NCBI GenBank assembly: GCA_000004695.1
Contig: CM000154.2
Span: 480,001 to 544,000, forward strand
Direction: 5' to 3'
Source: Dictyostelium discoideum
Taxonomy: Eukaryota
Length of the DNA stretch: 64,000 nucleotides
The notes beneath the pieces are model-generated. The model made no database searches. It was not told the DNA's origin and saw only the letters and a list, made by a program, of their open reading frames with translations. The stretch's first letter is position 1. Every line of letters begins with the position of its first letter. A program made the position numbers and the translations under genes. Of the stretch, positions 26,343-36,650 are shown piece after piece.

Positions 26343-28648
26343 ATGAAATATTTATTAGTATATTTACACATATTACTATTTTGTTTATTAAAGATCAATA
26401 GCCAAAAGTATTGCACTTATAGTGGTGTTGGAGAAGATTATAATATCAAATTTGATGTCTTACAAACATAGTATGTAATTTTTTTTTTTTTTCTTTCTCT
26501 TCTTTTTTTTTTTTTTTTTTTTTTAAAAAAAAAACCTAATTATTTTTTTTTCTTAAACGTTCAAACAGTGGTGTTGGTTTTCATTACTCATATTTAAGTG
26601 TTATTTTTACAACTTGTAATTATACTATTCCTTGTGGTAGTAATAGTAATAATGTATTGTGTGGATCATATTCAATTGTTCCACGCAAGTATCTTTCATT
26701 GGGATTTGTTAATGGCAGTACACATAGTTATAGCAAAGACGGACTAATGATAACATATATATCACAGGATACAACAAATGATAATGATTGCAAAAGATAT
26801 ACAACAAATGTGATTTTTCAATGTAGACCAGATGGTGATGTATCCGATTCATTAGATGTTGGCATCGACAATATACTTATTGATTCATGTATTGTTGAAT
26901 TCACACTCTCTTCACGTACAGTGTGTCAAACATGTCCAAACTGTTTAAAAACACATCAAACATCATGTAATGTGAAAAGTGGTTGGTGTACTTGTGATGG
27001 TAATACAAAAGGTTTAAATTGTGATCAATTAAATGCAAATATATCATCGGTATTAACACCAACAATTAGTGGTGGTGATGTTATAATGTCTGGTGATTTT
27101 TCAAATATTTATAATATTAGCTCAAGTATTACAATTTCAATTGGTACTTCAATTTGTAATAGTGTTATTTTCTCAAGTAATAAATCACAAATCAAATGTA
27201 CGATAGGTGCAGGTGAAGGTGATCAACAAATTAAATTATCAGATGGAAATGGTGCAACATTAATATATGATGGATTTTATTATAGAGCTCCTTGTTCAGT
27301 CGAATGTTCACCATTTGGTAAATGTAATGATCACGTTGGTAATTGTATTTGTAATGATGTTGCAATTGGTACAGATTGTAAAACTTTAAATTTACAATTA
27401 GATTCAGTAACACCAACATTTGTAACTGGTGGTCAAGTTTATTTAAATGGTAATTTCCTAAATGTCAAAGATCTTAGTCTAACTATTAAAATCGGTGATA
27501 TAGAATGTTCAGATGTTAAATTCAACGATACTAATTTCAAAGTTTTGCAATGTATAATTCGAAAAGGTGAAGGTATTAAAGATATTATAATATCATCAGG
27601 TTTGCTATCATTTTCAAAAGCAAAAGCATTCGAATATCAATACTACAAATGTCCACTCAATTGTTCAACACCAAATGGTACTTGTGATAATAATACTGGT
27701 AATTGTACATGCCATAATGAACATTTTGGTAATTCTTGTGAATTTACTCGATGTCCACTCGATTGTTCGACACCAAATGGTACTTGTGATAATAATACTG
27801 GTAATTGTACATGCCATAATGAACATTTTGGTAATGGTTGTGAATTTACTCGATGTCCACTCAATTGTTCGACACCAAATGGTACTTGTGATAATAATAC
27901 TGGTAATTGTACATGCCATAATGAACATTTTGGTAATGGTTGTGAATTTACTCGATGTCCACTCGATTGTTCGACACCAAATGGTACTTGTGATAATAAT
28001 ACTGGTAATTGTACATGCCATAATGAACATTTTGGTAATGGTTGTGAATTCACTCAATGCCCACTCTATTGTTCAACACCAAATGGTACTTGTGATATTA
28101 ATAGTGGTATTTGTACATGTGATAATGAACATATTGGTAATGGTTGCGAAATTAAATTTATTGAATGTAAACATAAATGTTCAACCAAACATGGAATATG
28201 TGATAATGATAGTGGTAATTGTAAATGTGATACTCAAACAAAAGGATTAACGTGTGAAGAATCAAGATTATTAATTGAATCATTAGACTCAATCAATTCA
28301 AAAGGTGGTACAATAAATATAATTGGTTATTTTGGAAATACAACATCATTATTAACAATTAAAATTGGTGAATCACAATGTAAAAATATCAAAGTATTCA
28401 ATGAAACAACATTAAAATGTGATATTGGTGAAGGTAAAGGTATTCATAATATTACAATCATTGATGATGACCTTTCGTTCACAGCAATCAATAAGTTCCA
28501 ATATCTCGATGAAAAAACAAAAATCTCAAAAATATCGAGAGGTGCAATTGCTGGTATTGTTGTTGGTTGTGTTGTTGCTGTTTCATTAATTGGTTCTATT
28601 GCTTTTTATTATCATCACAAAAATAAAAAGGTTAATCTTTTCTTCTAA
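26343..28648 (+). CDS. Cell-surface protein with tandem EGF-like/Cys-rich repeats, IPT/TIG-like segments and a C-terminal TM anchor; 2 exons at 26343..26470 (signal peptide) and 26569..28648
   Basis: Exon 1 gives MKYLLVYLHILLFCLLKINSQKYCTYSGVGEDYNIKFDVLQT in phase 2 with donor GTATGT at 26471. The TCAAACAG acceptor at 26567/68 continues (Y)GVGFHYSYLSVIFTTCNYTIPCGSNSNNVLCGSYSIVPRKY.... The repeat unit C(P/Q)L(N/D)CSTPNGTCDNNTGNCTCHNEHFGNGCEFTR occurs 5-6 times, and the hydrophobic stretch AIAGIVVGCVVAVSLIGSIAFYY is followed by a basic tail. Track ORF 26657 starts at a TTG. Confidence 0.7.
27650..28057 (+). repeat. Four near-identical (about 97-99%) 102-bp tandem repeats (34 codons each) inside the EGF-like gene, followed by 2 degenerate units to about 28260
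   Basis: Units start at 27650, 27752, 27854 and 27956 and differ by 1-5 nt. The antisense and out-of-frame track ORFs at 27643..28057 and 27675..28250 are reflections of this periodicity. Confidence 0.9.
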
Positions 28649-29378
28649 AAACTAAAATAAAATTTAACCATTATGGTTTTTTATTACAATAATTAAAATT
28701 TCCCAATTATTTTTGATATTTTTCTTTTTTTTTTTTTCTTCCAACTATTGAAAGAGTTATCTAATAATTCAATCTCATTAATTAAAGAATAGAGTCTTAT
28801 TACACATTAATTTTCATTTAATCTATTTTTTTTATTTTTATTTGTTTTTTTAGTTGATTGACCAAAATTCGAACCAAGGTCTGGGATTTCATTGGGAGTG
28901 AGATACAAAAAAAGCTGTGAAAACTTATCCAATTTTTTCCTTTTTTCATTCAATTTTTATAAATGTAAAGATAATTTTCCATTGTCCAATTATCCTTAAA
29001 TTTTTAAAAAAATTATCCGGATGAGGTAAAACACTAAAAAATAGAGTTCCATTTTAGTAAAAAAAAAAAAAAAAAAATTAATTGATATTCTTTATATAAA
29101 AAAAAAAAAATAAAAAAAATGCTCACCTTGATTCTGGCATTAATTTTGGGTTTAAAATCTTCTCCAACACTTCTATAAGCACAATACTTATAAATCCGAC
29201 TATTGGTTGTTAATAAAAAAAATAGTTGTATAAATAAAATAATATTCCATTTTTATTAAGGTGATATTTTATTTTTTTATTTTTGTTGTATTTTTTTTAT
29301 AATTTGATTAAATAAAAAAAAAAAAAAGATTTAAAATAAAAAAAAAATAAAAAAAGATTTAAAATAATTTGCCTCTGG

Positions 29379-29470
29379 ACCTATCAGGAATAATTGAATT
29401 AATTTTTACTAACTTAACATTTTTTAAAAAGATAGAGCTGTTGGGAATAAATTGATTTATTTCGAAAAAT

Positions 29471-29508
<38 letters not shown>

Positions 29509-29645
29509 AAATACAAGATTTAAAACAAAAATTTAAAATAATATTTAAATATTTTTAAAGACCTTTTGTAGAATTATATTTAGTATGTAATTATCGAAAT
29601 ATGAACTTCAAAAATTCATATGAATATCAAAATAATTCACTTTTT
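29379..29645 (+). mobile_element. Copy B of repeat family 2 (5' direct repeat of the composite locus 29.4-31.7 kb)
   Basis: TGGACCTATCAGGAATAATTGAATTAATTTT...(T)38 AATAAAATACAAGATTTAAAACAAAAATTTAAAATAATATTTAAA...AGACCTTTTGTAGAATTATATTTAGTATGTAATTATCGAAATATGAACTTCAAAAA. It aligns with copy C over about 260 bp. Confidence 0.5.
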
Positions 29646-30059
29646 TTTTAAAAAAAAAAAATATTTTAAAAATTCTTTTTTGTGGGGAATAAAAAAAAAA
29701 AAAAAGAAAATATGATTCTGTTCGAAGTTTTCAAAAAGAAGAAAAAAAATAAAATAAAATAAAAAACAATTAAAACTTTTAACCAATCATTTAGATGTAA
29801 GTTGTTTTTTTTAAATAAATAATTTGTGAAAAATAAAAAATTAGGTGTTTTGGATAGTAAAAAAAAATAAAAAAAATAAAAAAAACATGTCGCCCCAAAA
29901 AAAAAAAAAGGGGGAGGGGCAGTAAAAAAGGGGTAGTTTCCCCATACAAATCCAAAACACCTTTTTTTTGACACCTAAATTTTTATTATTCACATTTATC
30001 AATTTTTACCAATTTTTTTCTTTTTTTTTTTTTTTTTTCAGCCATATTGGTTTGTTGGG

Positions 30060-30900
30060 CGTAGTAGAAGTAGTTGTTGTTTTTAATATTAATTATATAT
30101 AAGGTGTTATAGGTTTCATATGAACAGTAAATTTTATATCATAGTTTGGAATACTTTTAATCTTCAAAAAATTAGAACATAAGTATCAGTATTTACTCCA
30201 GCTGCTGTACAACCTGAAAATACTACCAATATCACAAATGTACAACACTAGCAAATACAACATCAACAACAACACCACCACCGCCACTACCACCACCATT
30301 TTACCAAGACACTCAACAACTAATAAATTGGAAACTCAAATACAACCCCCCCCAAATAGATTAGATAATGGGGCTCCAAATACTATATCCACAGCAATTG
30401 GTGGGAATGGCTAACCTCTGTTATTGTTCCAGAAACTAGTTTACCACCAGAGAATTCTGAGTTTGAAACTTGTTAAGAAAGTGAAAAAGGTGGTGCTATG
30501 GTTACTGTTTCCTCTCATAAAGAATTCGATGCTTGATACATGCGCCTTCTCAAGCCCTATTATTCCAATCAATAATTTTGCCGTTGGTGCTTTATTGACC
30601 AGCACTGGTCACTGTAGAATTGCAATGTTGTTGGTTTCTATTACCACTATGGTAATGGAACTCCACTCTAGAGATCAAAGTGGTGATGATAATTTCCTTT
30701 TGATTTCAACTCGTGTATGTGCTGATGAAAAACGTTACCTTTATCCTGGTTGTACCGATGCCATGTTGGTGGTCCGTCGAGGTCAAGTCAAACCATTTAT
30801 ACCATTTTAAATATTGATTTGAATCAAAAATCACCAATTTATTTATTAAGTATTGGTAATTAAATAAAGTAGTAGTAGTAGTTCGAGCGGACCAACAAAT
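30060..30900. other. GC-richer (about 40%) island with no intact ORF on either strand; a candidate degraded mobile-element interior or non-coding locus
   Basis: Composition differs sharply from the surrounding 15-20% GC DNA. The only ORFs are short and in different frames (the longest is 30424..30810, 128 aa, with no recognisable motif). Internal CCCCCCC and CAACAACAACACCACCACCGCCACTACCACCACC tracts are present, and GTAGTAG(A)AGTAGTT-like direct motifs sit near both ends (30058 and 30866). Confidence 0.4.
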
Positions 30901-30904
30901 TTAA

Positions 30905-31078
30905 ATAAAAAAATCCTCTGTGTATCTTTCAAATAATTTTGGTTTTTTTTTTTAATGTTTTTTTTTTTTTATTTTATATGGGACATAATTCTTTAAAATT
31001 TATCAATCTAAATAAACCCAAAATGATTTTTAAATTCACCAATTTTAAAAACTATTAAGATACACAGTGGATTTTTCT
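30905..31078. repeat. Roughly 170-bp element bounded by about 35-bp imperfect terminal inverted repeats (hairpin/MITE-like)
   Basis: The left arm is AAAAAAATCCTCTGTGTATCTTTCAAATAATTTTGGT (30905-30941) and the right arm is ACCAATTTTAAAAACTATTAAGATACACAGTGGATTTTTC (31039-31078). The reverse complement of the right arm, GAAAAATCCACTGTGTATCTTAATAGTTTTTAAAATTGGT, matches at the 14/16 core ATCC(T/A)CTGTGTATCTT. Confidence 0.5.
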
Positions 31079-31425
31079 TTGTAAATAGGAAAAAAAAGTG
31101 ATGACATACAAAGGGAGTAAAAAAAAAAATGGTTTTTAAAAATCAACCTCCAATGAAAGATAAAAGCCAAAAAAAAAAAAAAAAAAAAAAAAATTAAAAG
31201 AATATACTCGTTGTGTGCTTGTCAATAAATTATAAAAAAAAGTGTGTTTTTAGCAATAAAAAAAAAAGAAAATAATAAAAGTTATACAGAAAATAACCAA
31301 TCCAGTTTTTTAAAAAATTATAATTATTGCATTATTATTTATTTTATTTATAATTTTTCCTTTTTTTTTTTTTTTAAAAACTCGCCAACGATCAGTGTCG
31401 CTACAAAATAATAAACTTAAAATTG

Positions 31426-31695
31426 AACCTATCAGTGAATAATTGAATTATTTATAATTAACTCATCATTTTTTTAAAAAATCAAATTATCCCTGAATAA
31501 ATTCAGTTATTTCAAAAAAAGTTTTTTTTTTTTTTTCAATAAAATGCGTGATTTAAAACAAAAATTTTAAATAATATTAAACAATATTAGTTAAGACCTA
31601 TTGTAGAATTAAATTTGGTATGTAGTTATTGAGAAATAGAGAAAATATAAAAAAATGAACTTCGAAAAAAAAAGGAACTTCAAAAAAAAAAAAAC
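31426..31695 (+). mobile_element. Copy C of repeat family 2 (3' direct repeat of the composite locus)
   Basis: TGAACCTATCAGTGAATAATTGAATTATTT...TTATCCCTGAATAAATTCAGTTATTTCAAAAAAAG(T)18 CAATAAAATGCGTGATTTAAAACAAAAATTTTAAATAATATTAAAC...AGACCTATTGTAGAATTAAATTTGGTATGTAGTTATTGAGAAATAG...GAACTTCGAAAAAAAAAGGAACTTCAAAAA. Confidence 0.5.
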
Positions 31696-32194
31696 TACAT
31701 AAAAAATAAATCCTTTTCTGAGTCCTGGTATTTCTGATTTTTTTTTTTGTAAATCATACTTTTATTTTATTTTATTTTTTTTATATTTTTTATTATAATT
31801 GAATAAAAAAAAAAATTTAAAAAAAAAAAAATGAAAATTTTTTTTAGAGAAAAGATTACTCGACCTTTTTTAAAATATGAAGAGTTAATTATAAATAATT
31901 AAATTATCAACTTGTAAAAAATAAAAAAATATAAAAATTTTAAATCAAATTAAATAAATCATAAAAAAATATTATAGGAAAATTTCGCAAAAAGGTTCTT
32001 GATTTTCTGGGTACTTTCAGGCTTTTTTATTCTTTGAAAAAAAAAAAATTAAAAAAAAAAAATTAAAAAAAAAAAAAAGTTTGCAAATATAAAATCAACA
32101 TTTTGGTGCGATAATAAAAAAAAAAATTATAATAATAATTAAATAAATAAATAAATAAAAATAAAAAATATTATTAAAAAAAAAAAAAAAAAAA

Positions 32195-32404
32195 ATGTTT
32201 GATTATTTTTTCGGTAGTAAAACAGAAAACAAAAAATTAAAAGTAAATCAGGTTTTAAAAAAATACAAAGATTTATATGCAATAACAATTGAAAATGTTT
32301 TTACAAAAGAAGAATGTGAAGAATTAATTAGATTATCAGAAGAAAAAGGATATGAACCTGCATTGGTAGTATGTAAAAAATTTAAAATTTTTTATTAAAT
32401 AAAA

Positions 32405-32446
<42 letters not shown>

Positions 32447-32985
32447 CAGAATACCGGAAATGGTCAACAAGAATTAATGACAGATGTAAGAAATAATGAT
32501 AGATGCATAATAGATACAGAAGAATTATCAAATAAAATTTATGAGAGAATTAAGGAATTTATCCCACAAGATTTTAGAGGTCACAAAGTTGTATCATTAA
32601 ATGAAAGATTACGTTTTCTTCGTTATTATCCAGGTCAAGAATTTAAAGCACATTTCGATGGTTCATATGAAAGAACTGAAGGTCCAAAGGCAGGTGAAAG
32701 ATCACATATCACATGTCAATTATATTTAAATGATGTTGAAAAAGGTGGTGAGACAACATTCTTTGTTGGCCCAAATCAAGAAGAAATTAAAGTCAATCCT
32801 TCAACTGGTATGTAGTAAATAATTGTAAAAAAAAAAAAAAAAAAAATTAGAAAAATTAATTATTAATATTTATTTATTATAAAGGAATGATAATTTTATT
32901 TCAACACAGAATTTTACACCAAGGTTCACCAGTAGTTTCTGGTGTAAAATACGTAATTCGTTCTGATGTTATGTATAATAGTTAA
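32195..32985 (+). CDS. 2-oxoglutarate/Fe(II)-dependent oxygenase (prolyl 4-hydroxylase-like, PKHD-type); 3 exons at 32195..32368, 32450..32807 and 32885..32985, about 210 aa
   Basis: Exon 1 ends ..EPALV|GTATGT (phase 0). The (T)40CAG acceptor at 32448/49 continues NTGNGQQELMTDVRNNDRCIID...YPGQEFKAHFDGSY (the HxD iron-binding motif) ...GGETTFFVGPNQEEIKVNPST. The donor G|GTATGT at 32808 and a TTATAAAG acceptor at 32883/84 give GMIILFQHRILHQGSPVVSGVKYVIRSDVMYNS* (the second His and the RxS 2OG-binding motif). Using the later CACAG acceptor gives an immediate stop and loses the conserved His. Confidence 0.75.
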
Positions 32986-33261
32986 AAAAAAAAAAAAAAA
33001 AAAATTATAATAAAAAATAGATATTTTTTTTTTAATGGACCAGTAAAAAATGTGAAAAATGAAAAAAAACAGATATTTTAGAATTTGATTTTTTTTTTTT
33101 TTTTTTTTAATTATTTTATTAATTTTTATTTTTTTATTTTTTTTATTTATTTACAAAATAGTAAAAAAATAAAATAAAAAACATTAATAAATCGAAAATG
33201 GTAACAACAAATATAAATAACAATAAATCAATTAATATAATTAGTAAAGATATAACTTATT

Positions 33262-33312
<51 letters not shown>

Positions 33313-34404
33313 TTTTTTTATTAAATGAAATTAATAATCAACAAGATAGAATAAATCAATTAAGAATCGACGATGAATTTATAAATAACTATCATCACAC
33401 TCACCAAGAAACAATAAATACAAGGGGTAGAAGGTTTTTTAAATTTTTATTAAAGTTTAATAAAAAAAAAGGTTCAAATAGTGATACAATCCAAGTTCAC
33501 TTTTTTACACCTTACTGGTAATTGTTTTTTTTTTTTTGGTACTCATAGTAAAGTGGTCTATTATGCATCTAAGAATATTCTTTGCCTCTCTCTTATTGAA
33601 ACATTAAAAAAAAAAATGTTGGAATCAATTTTGAAATTTCTTTTTTTAAAAAAAAGAAAAAAATATAAAAAAAAAATATTAATAAAATATTGAAAAGGAA
33701 TCCAAAGATATTTTTGATTTTTTGATTTTTTTATATATTTTTTTTTGTTTTTTTTTTGTTTTTGTGTGGAAAAAAAAAGAAGGGTCTTGATGGTTTTTTT
33801 TTTTTTTTTTTTTTTTTTTTTGGTTCATTAAATTCTATTTTTTTTTTTTTTTATATATATATTTAACAAAAACTTTGCAATATGGGTCAATCAAATTCAA
33901 GAAGTATTTATCGAAAAAAATAAATAAAATAAAATAAAATAAAATAAAATAAAATAAAATAAAATAAAATAAAAAAAAATTAAAAAAAATAAAAAAAAAA
34001 AATTATAAAATAAAAAATTTAAATGAAAAAAAAAAAAAAAAATAGCAATCATATAAATTAATAAAAATATAAAAACAATTAATTTAATTTTAACAAACCA
34101 CCCAATTTAGCTATTTATTTAGAACCGGTTGAGAGACCAAACGTAAAGGATTCAGGAAAAACTAATTTCAACTATTAATTCTAAAAGAAATTAAACAAAA
34201 TACAATAAAATCTAATTTTTATTTGTTTCAATTATCATTTTTATTTTAAAAGAACGCAAATGTTTTCGTTTGGAAAAAAAAAATAAAAAAAAAGAAAAAA
34301 AAAAAACAAAAAATAAAAAAATTTTTATTTATTAATATTATTTATTTAGATTACAAAACAAAAATCAAATCAATTATAAACTTTTAATAAAGGTTGATAT
34401 TTAT

Positions 34405-34442
<38 letters not shown>

Positions 34443-34889
34443 AAATATCTTTCAAAGGGAAAATATAAACTTTAAAATAGTATTTATTATAATATTTTTT
34501 AGGATTAAAAAAAAAATCTTGGGATATAATTATTTCCAAATTTCTGTGAAAAATAAAAAAAAAATCTCATCAAAATCATGTATTAATTTTTATAAAGGTT
34601 TATTTTTTTTTTTTTTTTTGTAATTGGAAAAAGAAAAATACCATTGATATTATTAGATATTGTTTTTAACTTTTTAAAATTGGTTTATTAAAAATCTTAT
34701 TTTTTTATTCAAAATTAATTTATTTTAATTTTTTTTTTTTTTTTTTATTTTTCCAAATCAATTTAAAAAAAAAAAAAAAACAAAAAAAAATATTATTAAC
34801 ATTTAATCAAATAAAAACATATTAATATTTTTAATAACATTTAATAAAATAAAAAAGGGAAAATAAAAATTTTTGATAAAATAAAAAAA

Positions 34890-35059
34890 ATGGGTGCCAA
34901 GAGTTCAAAACCAAGTATGAATTAATAGATTTTTTTTTTTTTTTTTTTTTAACCCCAACTAATCTTTTATTTTTTTTTTATCATTTTATAGAATACATAG
35001 TTCAAGGAAGTAACAGTAGTAGTGGCAGAGGAGGTTCACGTTCTACTTTCTATGCATAG
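34890..35059 (+). CDS. Tiny 2-exon ORF (about 30 aa) with an N-myristoylation-type start: MGAKSSKPK|YIVQGSNSSSGRGGSRSTFYA*; exons 34890..34914 and 34992..35059
   Basis: The model reads ATG GGT GCC AAG AGT TCA AAA CCA A|GTATGA, then a 77-nt AT-rich intron containing CTAAT, then TTTTATAG|AA TAC ATA.... The protein starts M-G-x-x-x-S with K at position 7. It is paralogous to the 35311 ORF, sharing AAACCAAGTATG at the donor. It may not be a real gene. Confidence 0.25.
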
Positions 35060-35310
35060 TTGAAAAAAAAAAAAAAAAAAAAAAAAAAAATGTTATTATA
35101 TCCATCTATATGATCAATAAAATCAATCATTTTAAAATGATTTTTTAAAAAAATTTTATTTTATTTTATTTTATTTTATTTTATTTTATTTTATTTTATT
35201 TTATTTTATTTTATTTTATTTTATTTTATTTTCGAATTTTATTGGTAACATTTGGATTTTCAGTTTTTTTTTTTTCAAAAAACCATCACCAAAAAAACAT
35301 AAAACCAATA

Positions 35311-35490
35311 ATGGGTATGTCCGGCAGTTTAAAAAGTTTTAAACCAAGTATGTTGGCAATTATCTGTATGGATTTAGTTTTTTTTTATTAAAAAACATAA
35401 ATAAAAAAACTAACAGATCTCTTTTTAGCACTATATGCTCAAAATAGTAATAACAGAAGTTTTGTTCGTCCAATAACCTTTAATGCTTAA
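35311..35490 (+). CDS. Tiny 2-exon ORF (about 32 aa) with an N-myristoylation-type start: MGMSGSLKSFKPT|LYAQNSNNRSFVRPITFNA*; exons 35311..35347 and 35429..35490
   Basis: The model reads ...TTT AAA CCA A|GTATGT, then an 81-nt intron containing AAAAACTAACAG (a TACTAAC-like branch point), then CTCTTTTTAG|CA CTA TAT.... Its organisation is the same as the 34890 ORF, and a third unspliced MGQSNSRSIYRKK* ORF lies at 33883..33924. Confidence 0.25.
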
Positions 35491-35702
35491 ATAAAAAAAA
35501 ATTAAAAATTAAAAATTCAATGTATGCATTACACAATAATAAATCAAAAAGATATTTTTAGAACAAAACTCCCGCTCTTTTATTTTTTTTTTTTATTTTT
35601 TTATTTTTAATTTTTTATTTTTTTTTTATTTTTTATTTTTTCAATTTTATGAAACCAACAACAACAACAAATAATATTTCAATATAAATATAAATAAATA
35701 CA

Positions 35703-35945
35703 ATGAATTCAAATAATGATAGTAATATATTATTTGTTAACCAAGTTGGAGAACTATTGACAAGGTATAATGAACAAATTGGTCAATTAAATAAAGGTTT
35801 ATTAGATTACTATTATAATAATGGATTTGATAAAAAGAATTTAAATAGTATTGAAAAAGAATTGGGTATTGTACAAGTATGATACCTTTATTTATTTATT
35901 TATTTATTTATTATTATTGTTTATTTAATATATATAAAGTTCCAA

Positions 35946-35985
<40 letters not shown>

Positions 35986-36321
35986 AAATTAGGATTGCTT
36001 TTCAAAAATGAAATGGAATTATATAGAAAATGGTAATAAACAATTATTTATAAAAGATATTATATCAGAGACACAAATTACAACACCAAGTCAACATAAT
36101 GTACATAGTTTAGAAGATCAATTAAAAGAGATTAAAAATGATTTCAATAATAATAAAGAGAAAACTAAAAAAGCATTTGAACATATCATTGAGATCATAA
36201 ATAGATTCACTGGTATGAATGAAAAATATCAAAAAGAGAAACAAAATTTACAATCTTCAATTAGTAAAGCAAATGAATTAATTGAAAATATATTAAAATT
36301 AGTTAATAATAGTAATAATAA

Positions 36322-36352
<31 letters not shown>

Positions 36353-36565
36353 AAATCTGGTAATAATAATATTATTAATTATAGTAATAATTTAAATTCA
36401 TCAATTCAATGGTACAAAAAATATAATAAATTTTTAGAATCAATGGGTGGATTATACATTATACCAAATAATGATAATCAGATAATAAAAAATTCAAAAA
36501 TTGAATTTGAATTAAAAATTGATACAACTAAAATAATACATAAATTAATAATAGAATTAGATGAA

Positions 36566-36650
<85 letters not shown>

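Noticed and set aside
27643-28250. Antisense and out-of-frame ORFs 27643..28053 (-), 27665..28057 (-) and 27675..28250 (+) with internally repetitive proteins
   Set aside because: They mirror the 102-bp tandem coding repeats of the EGF-like gene and are not independent genes.
28840-28935. tRNA-like B-box (GGTTCGAAT on the minus strand, plus-strand aaattcgaaccaagg at about 28865)
   Set aside because: The flanking sequence cannot form a T-stem (pairs 49-65 fail) or an acceptor stem, and no A-box or anticodon arm was found. I found no credible tRNA anywhere in the window.
29100-29165. Short signal-peptide-like ORF MLTLILALILGLKSSPTLL* (29107-29166) as a possible first exon
   Set aside because: No in-phase donor and no downstream exon could be found, so it is probably fortuitous.
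30424-30810. 128-aa ORF inside the GC island as a real gene; an SRP-RNA-like motif in the same region
   Set aside because: The ORF starts at a non-conserved Met, has no recognisable domain, and neighbouring frames carry similar-length fragments, suggesting a frameshifted relic. The SRP helix-8-like words occur in the wrong order and spacing. The region is kept as an unexplained island rather than a called gene or RNA.
33198-33693. Small ORFs 33198..33521 (poly-N, 107 aa) and 33481..33693
   Set aside because: They have low complexity, no conserved motif and no splice context. They might be real small genes, but there is nothing to support them from sequence alone.
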